From IMG/VR virus record IMGVR_UViG_3300035182_001709: a DNA stretch of 64,000 bases; one strand, given 5' to 3'. The position numbers and the translations under genes were made by a program. Of the stretch, positions 47,301-56,261 are shown piece after piece; position 1 is the first letter of the stretch; each line of letters opens with the position of its first letter. This DNA comes from a virus. Its lineage: Duplodnaviria; Heunggongvirae; Uroviricota; Caudoviricetes. The notes below the pieces were generated by a model. That model had not been told where the DNA came from. It saw only the letters and a program-made list of their open reading frames with translations, and searched no databases.

Positions 47301-48390
47301 TGATTGACGGCGTCTGAGTGATAGCAACGGGTGATGAATCATTCCGCTGCGGTGCAGGATCGATGTCCAGCATGTTCAAGGAGTGCGTCTGCAGGACGTG
47401 CTTGTACTCCAGCATCAACTGCATCCACAGTTTGCTCGAGGTATACGTGTGCTTAGCGTTTTCCTCAGTGTAGCCGTACAATGTCAGAGCATGAGGCACA
47501 TCATACTGTGGCGGGAAGTATGTTGTCAGTGCTGGGGTCAAGAAGTTCAATAGGCTCAAGGCTCGTACTGAACTAAAGGTGCTGAGATGAAGCCTCAACG
47601 TCTCGTGTGGATCGACAATGTGAACGTCATCACGGAGATCTAGTTGTTGCTTCAACTTCTCTAGCGTCCGCATGACTGTCCAGAGGTACAGAGAAAGCGA
47701 CTCGAGTTCACTCAAAGCCTGTGACATTGCCGAAGATCGATCAGCGGTCTGCGCACGTAGGTACATGTAACGACGCTTGACCTGAGTCAACAAATGTTTG
47801 ACCTGATGCACGCGGAGGCTACGAACGTCAACTTGCGTATTGAAGAACTCTCCAGCGTCTGTAGTCTGCGGACGCTGGCCGGCCAACGTGTACCGCAAGA
47901 TGCTGTTGTTGGCAGTCGAGATCGTCTTTTTGTAAAGCGGCAGGAAGTTCGTCATCATGACGACCTCGGGCCGTTCCTGTGAAATGCCTGTCTGCAGCTC
48001 GTAAGGCTCGAACTTCTTGGTCGTCACCGCCAGAGCGTCTGACGAGGATGGCAGGACCACGGACGGGTCAATATCGATGTGAAAACTTGGGATAAGCTTT
48101 GATGCTCCGCCGCCGATGGTGGGCAGAATAAAGTTCTTAGCTGTGATCGAGCTGGCCAACGATGATAGCGTCGGGTTGACGATTGACTTGAGCGACGTGG
48201 TCTGACTCGAGGCCGCGGGCGCAGCAATGACCGCTGAGACGCCGGCAAGAGGAACTTGATTCGGAGGCGGCTTCGTGTTGTTGGTCGACGTGCCGCTATT
48301 GCTGTTGGCACGAGCGGGCTGAGCGGGCTGAATTTGAACCAATCCCGTCTTGATCGCCGTGTCATTCGCTACCTTAAAAGTCTTGATCAT
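44356..48390 (-). CDS. Large putative virion protein (1344 aa)
   Basis: Long ORF overlapping both neighbours in the structural operon; no family recognised. Confidence 0.6.
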   Translation of the reverse strand: MIKTFKVANDTAIKTGLVQIQPAQPARANSNSGTSTNNTKPPPNQVPLAGVSAVIAAPAASSQTTSLKSIVNPTLSSLASSITAKNFILPTIGGGASKLIPSFHIDIDPSVVLPSSSDALAVTTKKFEPYELQTGISQERPEVVMMTNFLPLYKKTISTANNSILRYTLAGQRPQTTDAGEFFNTQVDVRSLRVHQVKHLLTQVKRRYMYLRAQTADRSSAMSQALSELESLSLYLWTVMRTLEKLKQQLDLRDDVHIVDPHETLRLHLSTFSSVRALSLLNFLTPALTTYFPPQYDVPHALTLYGYTEENAKHTYTSSKLWMQLMLEYKHVLQTHSLNMLDIDPAPQRNDSSPVAITQTPSIKRFDYTAVLPTLPSLDSITQMQPPQIPQYVNSLISSYNTIYQGVSFKHREMQLACLINALSREHRYSLGLSKPEVQKSLQSYYGYQVSPQGNLQMFDRVVGQFGSNITDFPALQSKTLASLAQQQVAQNVAVLPFESRYVEGDTGTLTPGSSYYVDSVLLTHGNRYDVTRLIEFRDVLQNALTNFNVIVDGLDLLQSEYVDQYSNSAGKFASLIANPRSLFDEIRAEMMTSDAVGLTPEIANDPLLPLFTVAQSDTRLRSLLLLYVVTKMSKAYLHNVEFFDAALDQDNTPTSDALVDLIVKQLISATKQTSTTLLGTTNQSHAARKPTSGKDQRTVNIETVRTALKTGSGHFLAAVISMMGRLLATFKRNNAVFNGSVTRYGGHPDTVIFMSIVDIFTSFIDLYGDRHVVGQHIDQGQTQLIIDARHVSHTNSVLEVDQRLGREIMLSETCSFTVMNSLTKLINSVNNVINYLNGPESLAELQKVTGLLSDPSMLHMLLSEQQIRLLSSNVADLRSALAGHSRTGNEPGDINGDGEFDSDDELIALDDAEITPKIRRAIDDMLSTDEFTQASAASRKILTVGIPLGFSRHLQQKVDIKKLKKTSFDVRQNDVVNIAVYKVDMQNPDIVYKPQRFMFELSRFPVRNDVYVKDSPGVSKFDIVSRFPTRDASQAFSSGGSVQYIRSSDNEVEALDGEDYDFLTRQEKDQLYVNHVFSYLLEVYLRTMTGISTADYHFDMVDPPPQVESDFVNLLLNHYVNHVSAIKQQGLDGINRSGIFFGSTQGASKGSAKGGFVSRAAGGGTQRYLANSAGIAGLSTTVALSGFSDLTPNVRSSENTLLSSTDTVLAGLPESDAPLLVNSFGVLNEFSRMTTPLADPLAISQRIINPKQFDRVFNLLVDPYSFEIDVSKTQATPHGKQALELMIKQGEIEPTASMTSLRLGNASLRPELTYVQRRRDNAEGDLIFEKYIVSVETVGEDQA

Positions 48391-50846
48391 GTATCCTCAA
48401 CAAGTAGCGAGTTGGTAGTAATCGACGAACCGTACTTGTACGTGCTCAACATGGGCACGATCACGTAGTTGAACTCTCCACGATCGTGAGAAGACAATTT
48501 GTGCAGCCACTGGCATACGCCTCCTTGAAAGGTGGTGTGCGCCGTCCCAAGCACAGTCCGAAGACCGTGAACTTCCTTCATGATGATGAAGTGATCGATC
48601 ATCTCCATGGGTCCCTCGACCCGCCAGTTGACAATTGCTAGTTCTTTGTTGAATCTGACGACAGATCCGTCGATGATCCTGGGCTCTGTCTCATCGAGAG
48701 AGACGTCGACGATAGTCGTTGACCCCAAGACGCCGTGTTCGAACGTGGTCTTCGAGTACTTTGTTTTCAAACCCGCAGGTGAAACAATGATCCCGCGCCG
48801 CAGTGTCAGTGGATGCAGAAATTTGGACGGCATGAAGCTGTATGGCTTCTTCGTCACTGTATCAACTGCATTCTTCTCAAGCTTCTCGAGCACCGTCTCA
48901 GCGCTTCGAGCGACCGCGGTGATGACGTAGCGATACTTGTGGCCGTATTGCAACGACTGTGTGGCAAACTTCTTACGCACCTCAGAATCATCAAAGTCAG
49001 GCTGCGTGATGACGCCTAGGTCCTCCCGTTCGCCCGTCATCAAATTGATCCTGTGGATCGAGTAGGCGAGCAGAGCCTTGAGCTCATCACGTTGCTTCGC
49101 AATGTCTCCATCAAAGTACGACTTGATGCCCTGTTGCTCCAGCAAGGCCTTGACGGCGTCAATGTTTGAATCGACGATGTCAAGAGACACGCTAAACGTC
49201 ACGTTGGGTTCAGTATCGTGAGAAACGTTGATACCGCTGACCTTGATGTCGACCTTGCCTGGCGTGGCTAGAATGTACTCCAAAAGTTCTCCAGTGATTG
49301 TTTCCTGCGTGCCGCTGCGGAAGAACATTTTGGCCGCAAACTCATAGACGTTGTTGTCAAGCACATTCTGAGTGACGACTGCAACGTGGTCTGCCTGCCT
49401 GACGGCATCGTCGATCAACTGTGGGTCAGAGATGGGAGAAAATTCATCCTCAAATGTCGTCTTGTTGCGCTGTAGGAATTGCAGCGCGATTACGTCAGGT
49501 GGAATGCGTCGAGCCTCGACTGAGACTCCATTCTCAATGATCGACGTGGTCAATGCCAATGCCCTGACAGGGCGGTACTTCTTGGGAGGAATGACGACGT
49601 TGGTGTACGTGAAGCCGACGATGCCCGAGTATGCTGGGACCACACGGTAGATTGCAGCATCATACGTTGGAGAATCAACCTGAACAATCGTCTTGTGACC
49701 TGAGCTCAGTTGCTGCACGTCGATCAAGACGTAGTCATCGTCATTGACCACTGCGGTGTTGATCGACTTCTTAAAGATGTGAACCTCGTTCGCACGAGGG
49801 TCTACCTGCACGATCTCTAGGTTAGCTCTTGACGAAATGTCTGACCTGACGCGTTGAACGTTGGGCTGTAGGAACGGGACCTTGAAGATGCGGACGTGCG
49901 TCGGAACATCGAGCGTCCGCGTGACAGTGTCGATGGCATGGTTGGTCGTGGTATCCAACAGTTCAAACTTAACGAACACGTCGGATGAGTCCCTCGAGCC
50001 CACCTTCTTAGACGGCGGCTTGAACTTGACGCGGACGGGCACCTCAACGTTGTCGACGGGTTCAGTTGTCACGATGTTGACGAGACGATTTTCTTCGACC
50101 TGGTCAATCGTCTTGACGGGATCTAGCAGGCCCGGGTGAATCGTCAACTGGTTGCGCAACCGTGCCAATGTTCCATGCTCGGGTTCATAGCGTTGGATTG
50201 GTTCGTTGGTTCCTTGAAAGGCTCGCTGCGAGTAGATGTTGGAAGATGGCAGTTCAGAAACAGCCGATGGGTCGATCCCACGTTGCAGAATCAAGCGGTG
50301 AGCCAGGCGTTGCGTGTCTTCGCTGACCGACGAAGAGACCACACCGTGAATGTCGTTGACCTGTAGCTTAGTGACGTCAATGATGGGCTTCTTGTCGTTG
50401 GCGCTGATGAGTTCTCCTGCTGGGACCGCCTTGACGTATGCCTCGTGCAGCGCCTGAATTGCTGCCGGTCGCGTTCCCCTGAGGAACAGCGGGACCGCCT
50501 CGTTGTCGACCTTCGACGATGCGTCGCTCTTCTTGGAAACCAGAACGTGGTCCTCGCGGCTCTTGATGGCGCTCTTGGCGGCGGGCATGTCGGTGATGAC
50601 GTTCTGAATCACTTCTTTGGCGTCGATCTTACCGAGACGTCCTCGGCCGACAATGGGCCGCTTCTTGACTGTCTTGGTGAAGACGCTGACGTTGACGGTC
50701 ACGGTTCCCTGCTTCACCAGGTCGCTCTGCGCCGCTGTGTAGCGAAATTCAAAGTCTAGTGTGCCGTCCTGAAGAATGTCCTTCAGCGTTGCATACGCAT
50801 CGGAGACCTGCAGAACGTTGTAGCGTCGGTTTACTCGATAGTACAT
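48387..50846 (-). CDS. Putative virion protein with Ig/Fn3-like repeats
   Basis: Repeated beta-sandwich segments ending Y.Y.I/V; start placed at ATG 50846 to avoid overlap (ORF track starts at 50882). Confidence 0.6.
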   Translation of the reverse strand: MYYRVNRRYNVLQVSDAYATLKDILQDGTLDFEFRYTAAQSDLVKQGTVTVNVSVFTKTVKKRPIVGRGRLGKIDAKEVIQNVITDMPAAKSAIKSREDHVLVSKKSDASSKVDNEAVPLFLRGTRPAAIQALHEAYVKAVPAGELISANDKKPIIDVTKLQVNDIHGVVSSSVSEDTQRLAHRLILQRGIDPSAVSELPSSNIYSQRAFQGTNEPIQRYEPEHGTLARLRNQLTIHPGLLDPVKTIDQVEENRLVNIVTTEPVDNVEVPVRVKFKPPSKKVGSRDSSDVFVKFELLDTTTNHAIDTVTRTLDVPTHVRIFKVPFLQPNVQRVRSDISSRANLEIVQVDPRANEVHIFKKSINTAVVNDDDYVLIDVQQLSSGHKTIVQVDSPTYDAAIYRVVPAYSGIVGFTYTNVVIPPKKYRPVRALALTTSIIENGVSVEARRIPPDVIALQFLQRNKTTFEDEFSPISDPQLIDDAVRQADHVAVVTQNVLDNNVYEFAAKMFFRSGTQETITGELLEYILATPGKVDIKVSGINVSHDTEPNVTFSVSLDIVDSNIDAVKALLEQQGIKSYFDGDIAKQRDELKALLAYSIHRINLMTGEREDLGVITQPDFDDSEVRKKFATQSLQYGHKYRYVITAVARSAETVLEKLEKNAVDTVTKKPYSFMPSKFLHPLTLRRGIIVSPAGLKTKYSKTTFEHGVLGSTTIVDVSLDETEPRIIDGSVVRFNKELAIVNWRVEGPMEMIDHFIIMKEVHGLRTVLGTAHTTFQGGVCQWLHKLSSHDRGEFNYVIVPMLSTYKYGSSITTNSLLVEDT

Positions 50847-50850
50847 GTGA

Positions 50851-51891
50851 TCATCCGAAGAACAACGTAAACAGGTGAACAAAGGCGTGCGTTTGAGTGT
50901 CCGGCTTGGTCACCAGCTTGCCAACGAAGAAGATCTGACACACTGGTCCTGGGTCATTCGGATCTGTCAACGCGGAATTTTTCACCATTGGCGTGTTCCA
51001 GGTACCAAAATCAATGATGTCCAGCTTGAACATCGTGTCATTGGTCACCTCAAATGCCTGGATGAACAGGTTGTTGGCCCGAGATGTTGGATCAATGTTG
51101 ATCTTTTTGGAATAGCCCATCGAGCCGAAATGCATCAGCTCACGGTGCAGGTCAACGTGATTGAACTTGAACACATGTGACCGGCCCCAGGGGTGATAGT
51201 CGCCCAATGCAAATGCTTTGACGACGCGGTGATCAGACTTGTCAACGTTATCATGTTCAACCTTGTTGATCGGCGGCAGGAACTTGAAGTTCGGCAGATG
51301 ACTCAACCGAGGATCAGCAAACACATCTTCGAGGTGATTGATGTTAGTTGAGTAACCCGATTGCGCCGGAATGGGCCTGTCATTGTGAATGACGAACTCG
51401 ATCTCATTGTTTCCGAGTGCAAAGCCCTCATCGTCAAAGATCGGATCCCTAGAACCGATCAACATCTGTTTAGCGAAGTTGTCGATGGCACCCGTCAGGA
51501 TCCCATGGGCCGCTTCGTTCATGACGTCTCCACGCAAGGTAGTTCCTTGCAGCGCCGAGCCCGTCAATGTCAACGTTGAGGGTGCAACAAATGAGTAGTC
51601 AATGATCTGACCGGACCTGACGACCTGATCACCCGAGGCATCAAATGGCAGCACTCGACCCAAATCGTCGGCCTGAAAGGTCACCTGATCCTGTGGCAGG
51701 TGACACGATTCGAGGTAAAGCCTGGCTGTCGCATCAGTTGAACCCGAGACCAGGTCGGCGGCGTAGAACGTCGCGCCGTCCGTGAAAGACACGTACTTGA
51801 TGTTGATGCCACCATTGGCCAGTTGCTTGCGGCCTTCCAACGTTACGATGGTATCGAGAATGCGTGTCTTGCTGTCGAGTATTCCCGCCAT
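50851..51891 (-). CDS. Virion structural protein
   Basis: MAGILDSKTRILDTIVTLEGRKQLANG, paralogous to the 41456 gene; start at ATG 51891 (ORF track starts at 51969). Confidence 0.65.
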   Translation of the reverse strand: MAGILDSKTRILDTIVTLEGRKQLANGGINIKYVSFTDGATFYAADLVSGSTDATARLYLESCHLPQDQVTFQADDLGRVLPFDASGDQVVRSGQIIDYSFVAPSTLTLTGSALQGTTLRGDVMNEAAHGILTGAIDNFAKQMLIGSRDPIFDDEGFALGNNEIEFVIHNDRPIPAQSGYSTNINHLEDVFADPRLSHLPNFKFLPPINKVEHDNVDKSDHRVVKAFALGDYHPWGRSHVFKFNHVDLHRELMHFGSMGYSKKINIDPTSRANNLFIQAFEVTNDTMFKLDIIDFGTWNTPMVKNSALTDPNDPGPVCQIFFVGKLVTKPDTQTHAFVHLFTLFFG

Positions 51892-51978
51892 GTCAACAGC
51901 AAATATACGGCAGCCGTGAATCAGCGGCCACCGGACATGCGAGTCGGGCCGGTTTCCCGGCCCGATCATCAGAAGATC

Positions 51979-53364
51979 TCAGAGGATCTTGGAAGCGAGT
52001 GTCGCCAATTCGCTGCGCTCGCCCTTCAACATCGTCACGTGACCTGCAATCGGGTACTCCTTGAAACGCTCGACGGCGTACGTCAGGCCATTGGAATACG
52101 CGTCAACATGAACATTGTCGATCTGTTCAATGTCGCCCGTCAGGACGATCTTGGTCCCGTCGCCAACACGAGTGATGATGGTTTTCAACTCATGCATCGA
52201 CAGGTTCTGTGCCTCGTCGATGATGATGAAGGCATTCGGAATTGATCGACCACGAATGAACGTGATCGCCTCGATCTCGATGAGGCCTCTGTCCTGCATT
52301 AGCGACAGATAGTACTCCTCCCGGTCAGACCCCTTGCGGCCCCTCGATGACTTCCGTGAACCCATCAAGAAATTGAGATTATCGCGGATTGGAGCAATCC
52401 ACGGTTCCATCTTTTCTTCTAGGGTGCCCGGCAAGAAGCCGATGTCATGGCCCAACGGTTGGACTGGACGGGTGACAATCAACTTTTCATACTTCGCCTT
52501 GCTCGGGTCGCCGACACCCTTCAACTGTTCGAGGGCAGCCGCAATTGCCAGCAACGTCTTGCCGGTGCCCGAGGGTCCGACCAACGTCAACAACTTGATG
52601 TTCTCATCGAACAGTAGGTCCAACGAGAAGCTCTGCTCCTTGTTACGAGGCTTCAGCTTGAACGCCTGGTCGATCTTTGCAACAGGGATTAGTGGCTTAT
52701 CATGAGAGATGCACTTGGTGATGGCAGACTTTGTCGTCTTGCCGTCCTGAGTGTTCTTGATGATGACGATCTGGTTCGGGTAGAGGCGATGTTCAGCCTT
52801 GACTTCAAGAGGAAGCTCGAGGTTACCTTCCATGTAGAACTTGTCGACCAAGGTCTCCGGGACCTCGATCACGTCGACGCCGCGATAGAACTGCTTGGGA
52901 TCGTTCGTCACCCGCATCTTGAGGTAATCCTCGCAGCGAATGTTCAACGAATCGCACTTCAGACGAACATTGATGTCCTTCGACACCAGGATCGCCGCGT
53001 CCTCATCGCTGTTCTTGAACTGCATCATGAAGGCGATGATCATGTTGTCGACCTTAGGATTCGGCGAGCGCAGCTCGAACGGCAGATCCTTAGCCTTGTC
53101 AGCCTGGATCGTTGCCACACGAAGCTTGCCACCCTGTGCGAGAGTCACTCCCTCAAAGAGGCTGCCTTTCACTCGCATGTCGTCAAGCGACCTACTGACG
53201 GTACGGGCATTCCTGCCGACCTCGTCCTGCCTGCTCTTGTGGTGATCGAGTTCCTCGAGAACCACCATTGGAACGACCACGTCATTTTCCTCAAACGAAA
53301 AGATCGAGTTGGGGTCGCTCAGCAAGACATTGGTGTCAAGAACGTACGTCTTCTTTTTACTCAC
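51979..53364 (-). CDS. phoH: PIN-PhoH fusion (PhoH2-like) ATPase
   Basis: PIN domain YVLDTNVLL...VLEELD...SKDINVR; GPSGTGKT, FLPG, RGRS, IDEAQN, GDIEQID. Confidence 0.92.
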   Translation of the reverse strand: MSKKKTYVLDTNVLLSDPNSIFSFEENDVVVPMVVLEELDHHKSRQDEVGRNARTVSRSLDDMRVKGSLFEGVTLAQGGKLRVATIQADKAKDLPFELRSPNPKVDNMIIAFMMQFKNSDEDAAILVSKDINVRLKCDSLNIRCEDYLKMRVTNDPKQFYRGVDVIEVPETLVDKFYMEGNLELPLEVKAEHRLYPNQIVIIKNTQDGKTTKSAITKCISHDKPLIPVAKIDQAFKLKPRNKEQSFSLDLLFDENIKLLTLVGPSGTGKTLLAIAAALEQLKGVGDPSKAKYEKLIVTRPVQPLGHDIGFLPGTLEEKMEPWIAPIRDNLNFLMGSRKSSRGRKGSDREEYYLSLMQDRGLIEIEAITFIRGRSIPNAFIIIDEAQNLSMHELKTIITRVGDGTKIVLTGDIEQIDNVHVDAYSNGLTYAVERFKEYPIAGHVTMLKGERSELATLASKIL

Positions 53365-53438
53365 AGTGTGTATCTCCGGGGCTCTCTTCCTGTCGTCACC
53401 GTTACCACTACCTCAGTAGTACGATCGGATCGGATTCT

Positions 53439-53467
53439 TGTACAAGAATGCCTCCTCACGTTACTGT
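53439..53467 (+). promoter_or_regulatory. Promoter TGTACA-N17-TACTGT upstream of the sigma-region-4 gene
   Basis: Exact 17-nt spacer, followed by GAGGAG SD. Confidence 0.6.
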
Positions 53468-53486
53468 ATACCACAAGAGGAGATAT

Positions 53487-53771
53487 GTGGTGATGCAGAA
53501 TGGAAAGAGGCGCCTCAACGTTGTCCAAGAAGGAACCATCGTCGAAGGCGCCACGTGTTTTTCAGTACTCTCAAGACACGACATTGATTGTCAACGGAAG
53601 CGGTGTCCGCACTGGATCTCATATCCTGATGGTCACAATTGTGTCATGATCGCAGCGTCTGAAGGTCCTCATACATTGCAAGAGATCGGAAAGATCTACG
53701 GCCTGACAAGGATGAGGATTTGTCAGATTGAAAAGGGAATCTACGAGAAAATCCGCCGAGCCAGCCGTTAG
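53487..53771 (+). CDS. Small Cys-rich protein with sigma70 region-4-like HTH
   Basis: GAGGAG SD then GTG/ATG; four Cys, then HTLQEIGKIYGLTRMRICQIEKG matching the region 4.2 pattern T..EIG....SRERVRQIE. Confidence 0.75.
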   Translation: MVMQNGKRRLNVVQEGTIVEGATCFSVLSRHDIDCQRKRCPHWISYPDGHNCVMIAASEGPHTLQEIGKIYGLTRMRICQIEKGIYEKIRRASR

Positions 53772-54133
53772 GCCTTTTCCGCAGCCTTCTTGCCACCGCG
53801 CTTCTTGGCCGTCTCTTCGGTCTCGGCATGTTCCGCGACCTTCTCGACGGTCTTTTCTTCGACAACAGCCGCCTTTGTCTCTTCAACCGGCGCCTTTACC
53901 TCGACCGCCTTGGGCGGTTCAGGGGCGGGCAGTGGTGGAGGCGAAGGCGTTGCTGCTTCGACCTTCTTCGGTTCAGGCTTTGGTTCCGGCTTCTTATGTT
54001 CCTCGACCTTGACGACAGGCTGATGACCAGCGGGCTTAGCCAGACGGCCAGTCCCGTGAATGGTGGTGTGTGCGACCGTTGGATCAAGCTTAAAGTCAGT
54101 GATGTCGGCGAGTACTGCTCGAGGTGAAGGCAT
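53768..54133 (-). CDS. Low-complexity Pro/Glu/Lys-rich protein
   Basis: KPEPKPEPKK and EEK repeats; GGAG SD; GTATTTAG upstream. Confidence 0.65.
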   Translation of the reverse strand: MPSPRAVLADITDFKLDPTVAHTTIHGTGRLAKPAGHQPVVKVEEHKKPEPKPEPKKVEAATPSPPPLPAPEPPKAVEVKAPVEETKAAVVEEKTVEKVAEHAETEETAKKRGGKKAAEKA

Positions 54134-54174
54134 GTTTTCTCCTGTGATGCTAAATACAACCTCAGAAACGAGAA

Positions 54175-54196
54175 TGCCCCGGCGATGACCGGGGCA
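54175..54196 (-). terminator. Probable intrinsic terminator after the Hc1-like gene
   Basis: TGCCCCGG-TCATCG-CCGGGGCA followed by TTCTCGTTT. Confidence 0.55.
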
Positions 54197-54226
54197 ACCT
54201 CTGACACACTGCTGCGCAGTTGATGA

Positions 54227-54478
54227 TCAGGACTTCTTGGGCGCCTTGCCGGGAGCCTTCGAGGCCTTTGCCGACTTCTCAGTCTTCTTGACCTTGTCGA
54301 GTTCGACCGTCAGCTTGACGAGCTCCGTCGCCTTGATCTTCAGAGTCCGCAGACCCTTCCGGGCACGCACGCCGGCCGCTGCGGTGCCGCGGGCGTTCTT
54401 CGCCACATCAAGCTCGATCGACGACATGACTTCCTTGATCTCATTCCACTTAGCAAGCACCTGATTGTCGGTATCCAT
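54227..54478 (-). CDS. Histone H1-like Hc1-family nucleoid protein
   Basis: Helical hairpin with GTAAAGVRARKGL motif and a Lys/Ala-rich tail. Confidence 0.7.
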   Translation of the reverse strand: MDTDNQVLAKWNEIKEVMSSIELDVAKNARGTAAAGVRARKGLRTLKIKATELVKLTVELDKVKKTEKSAKASKAPGKAPKKS

Positions 54479-54556
54479 TCTTAGTGTCCTCCTAGAATAG
54501 GTATACGCCTCACAGGCAACCAGTAAAGGAAAGGTGATGTGGGTGTGCGTAGAGCA

Positions 54557-56218
54557 CTATGACAACGCCTTTGAAAACTCTTCAGGGAACATACGCCCGT
54601 TCATCCTGTAGAACCTTTCCCAGTCTGCGTCGAGAATGTACGAGACAGCGTGGTCAGTCTCATTGCGAACTGATCGACCCATCGCCTGGATGATCGACTT
54701 GACCGTCTGATACGTGTACCATGCCTTGTTCTTGGCCATTCGCTTCTTGATGACTGCGTCGCCGAGGTACGGAAACGGGACCTTACACAAGATCTGGAAC
54801 CTGCTCGCTTCATCAGCGAGGTCAACGCCTTCCATCATCGACGGCGACAGCAACACCGTTGGGTCGGTACCCTCGAGGTGCTGATGCAACACTGCATCGC
54901 GGTTGGTCGAATCGTGGTTCAACAACCTGTTTGACTTAACGTGGTCCTTGACATACTGAGCGATACGATAGTTGACGCAGTGAATGATGCCCTTCTCATT
55001 CGGGTGTTGGTCGATCAACATCTTGACAGCCTCTGCAAGAGCGGGCAGTGTCTTTTCGATGTTGTCCATCGACATTGACCCAGCTGGGATGTAGTGCACT
55101 GGCCTATTCTCGGGTGGGAAAGGCGACGGAATGCTGAGGAACGCCACGTCGACCGGATCGAGGCCAATCGACTTGCAAAAGACGTCCTTGTCAACAACTG
55201 TCGCTGACATCATCAACGTCCGCCCGCCCATCCTGAACAGCGAATCGTAACTGAACTCTGAGACATCGATGGTTTTGAACTCGAACTTTCGCATGCCTCG
55301 AGCCCCAGCGGGCGGCCGCACCACGTTCATCACCCAGTTGTCGGGCTTGTATGCCGTTAAGAAGCGATTGACCTTGCAAATGTGCTTGTCGAGCATCTCG
55401 TACTGCTTGCTGAGGTCGTCAAAGCCTGACCCAGAAGAGTCGAACTTTGACTGCAACTCCTTCTCAACGTTGCGGATATACTTACCCAAGGCCGTCTTAT
55501 ACGTCTTTGAGATCCACTCGTAGACGGCCTCCTGAGTGTTCAGGACTGGCACGCGGCACTTCAGCACCTGCTTAGCAAACTTCTCAGAGAAGGTGACCTC
55601 GATGAACTTGCCGAGCTCTTGCTCGGTATTGTGACACTCGTCGACGATCAACAATGCCCTGGGCTTCAGTTGCTTGCCGTACGTCGTCTCAGAGAGGAAG
55701 TACGAGAAGTTGGTGATGGAGATGGGCGACTCCAGAAAGTCAGCCTTGTCTTTGGCGTACCTACAGCAGCCGCCCTTGCCACAGTGCTTCTGAAACTCGG
55801 TCCCGAAGATTCGCTTTCCGAGCTGCTTCAGCACACGTCGGGATTCAGCACACGTCTGGTCTTGATAGAACCCGCACTGGTAGTTGGTCGACGACTTGAT
55901 GCTGCGCATCAGGTTACGAGCTGGGCCAACGCCTGGGCCAAAGTCATCGAGATACTGCTGCTGCAACACCTTCTGCGTCGTCAGGATGTAAGCACCCGAC
56001 AGAGGCATGTTTTCCTCATCGAGTGTCACCTCACCGTGTGCTTCAAGGTAACGAGCGATACAGACGCCGGTCGCGGACTTGCCACAACCCGTGCCCATCT
56101 CGAGGATGACATAGCGCTTGCCGGACTCGTAGGCATCGAGTGCAAACTCAATTGCCTTCCGTTGTTCATCACGGATATTAGAGAACGGAAAATACCGCAC
56201 GTAGTCATGCTTAGGCAT
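54557..56218 (-). CDS. DinG/YoaA/XPD-like SF2 helicase
   Basis: GTGCGKS, Fe-S-type Cys cluster, VDECH, MSAT, MMEGVD, KVPFP, QAMGRSVR...SYILD. Confidence 0.88.
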   Translation of the reverse strand: MPKHDYVRYFPFSNIRDEQRKAIEFALDAYESGKRYVILEMGTGCGKSATGVCIARYLEAHGEVTLDEENMPLSGAYILTTQKVLQQQYLDDFGPGVGPARNLMRSIKSSTNYQCGFYQDQTCAESRRVLKQLGKRIFGTEFQKHCGKGGCCRYAKDKADFLESPISITNFSYFLSETTYGKQLKPRALLIVDECHNTEQELGKFIEVTFSEKFAKQVLKCRVPVLNTQEAVYEWISKTYKTALGKYIRNVEKELQSKFDSSGSGFDDLSKQYEMLDKHICKVNRFLTAYKPDNWVMNVVRPPAGARGMRKFEFKTIDVSEFSYDSLFRMGGRTLMMSATVVDKDVFCKSIGLDPVDVAFLSIPSPFPPENRPVHYIPAGSMSMDNIEKTLPALAEAVKMLIDQHPNEKGIIHCVNYRIAQYVKDHVKSNRLLNHDSTNRDAVLHQHLEGTDPTVLLSPSMMEGVDLADEASRFQILCKVPFPYLGDAVIKKRMAKNKAWYTYQTVKSIIQAMGRSVRNETDHAVSYILDADWERFYRMNGRMFPEEFSKALS

Positions 56219-56227
56219 TTGGGTTTC

Positions 56228-56256
56228 ATCGTACCCAACGCCTTGAGCGGTCTACA
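56228..56256 (-). promoter_or_regulatory. Promoter TGTAGA-N17-TACGAT upstream of the helicase
   Basis: Exact 17-nt spacer. Confidence 0.55.
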
Positions 56257-56261
56257 CGGTC

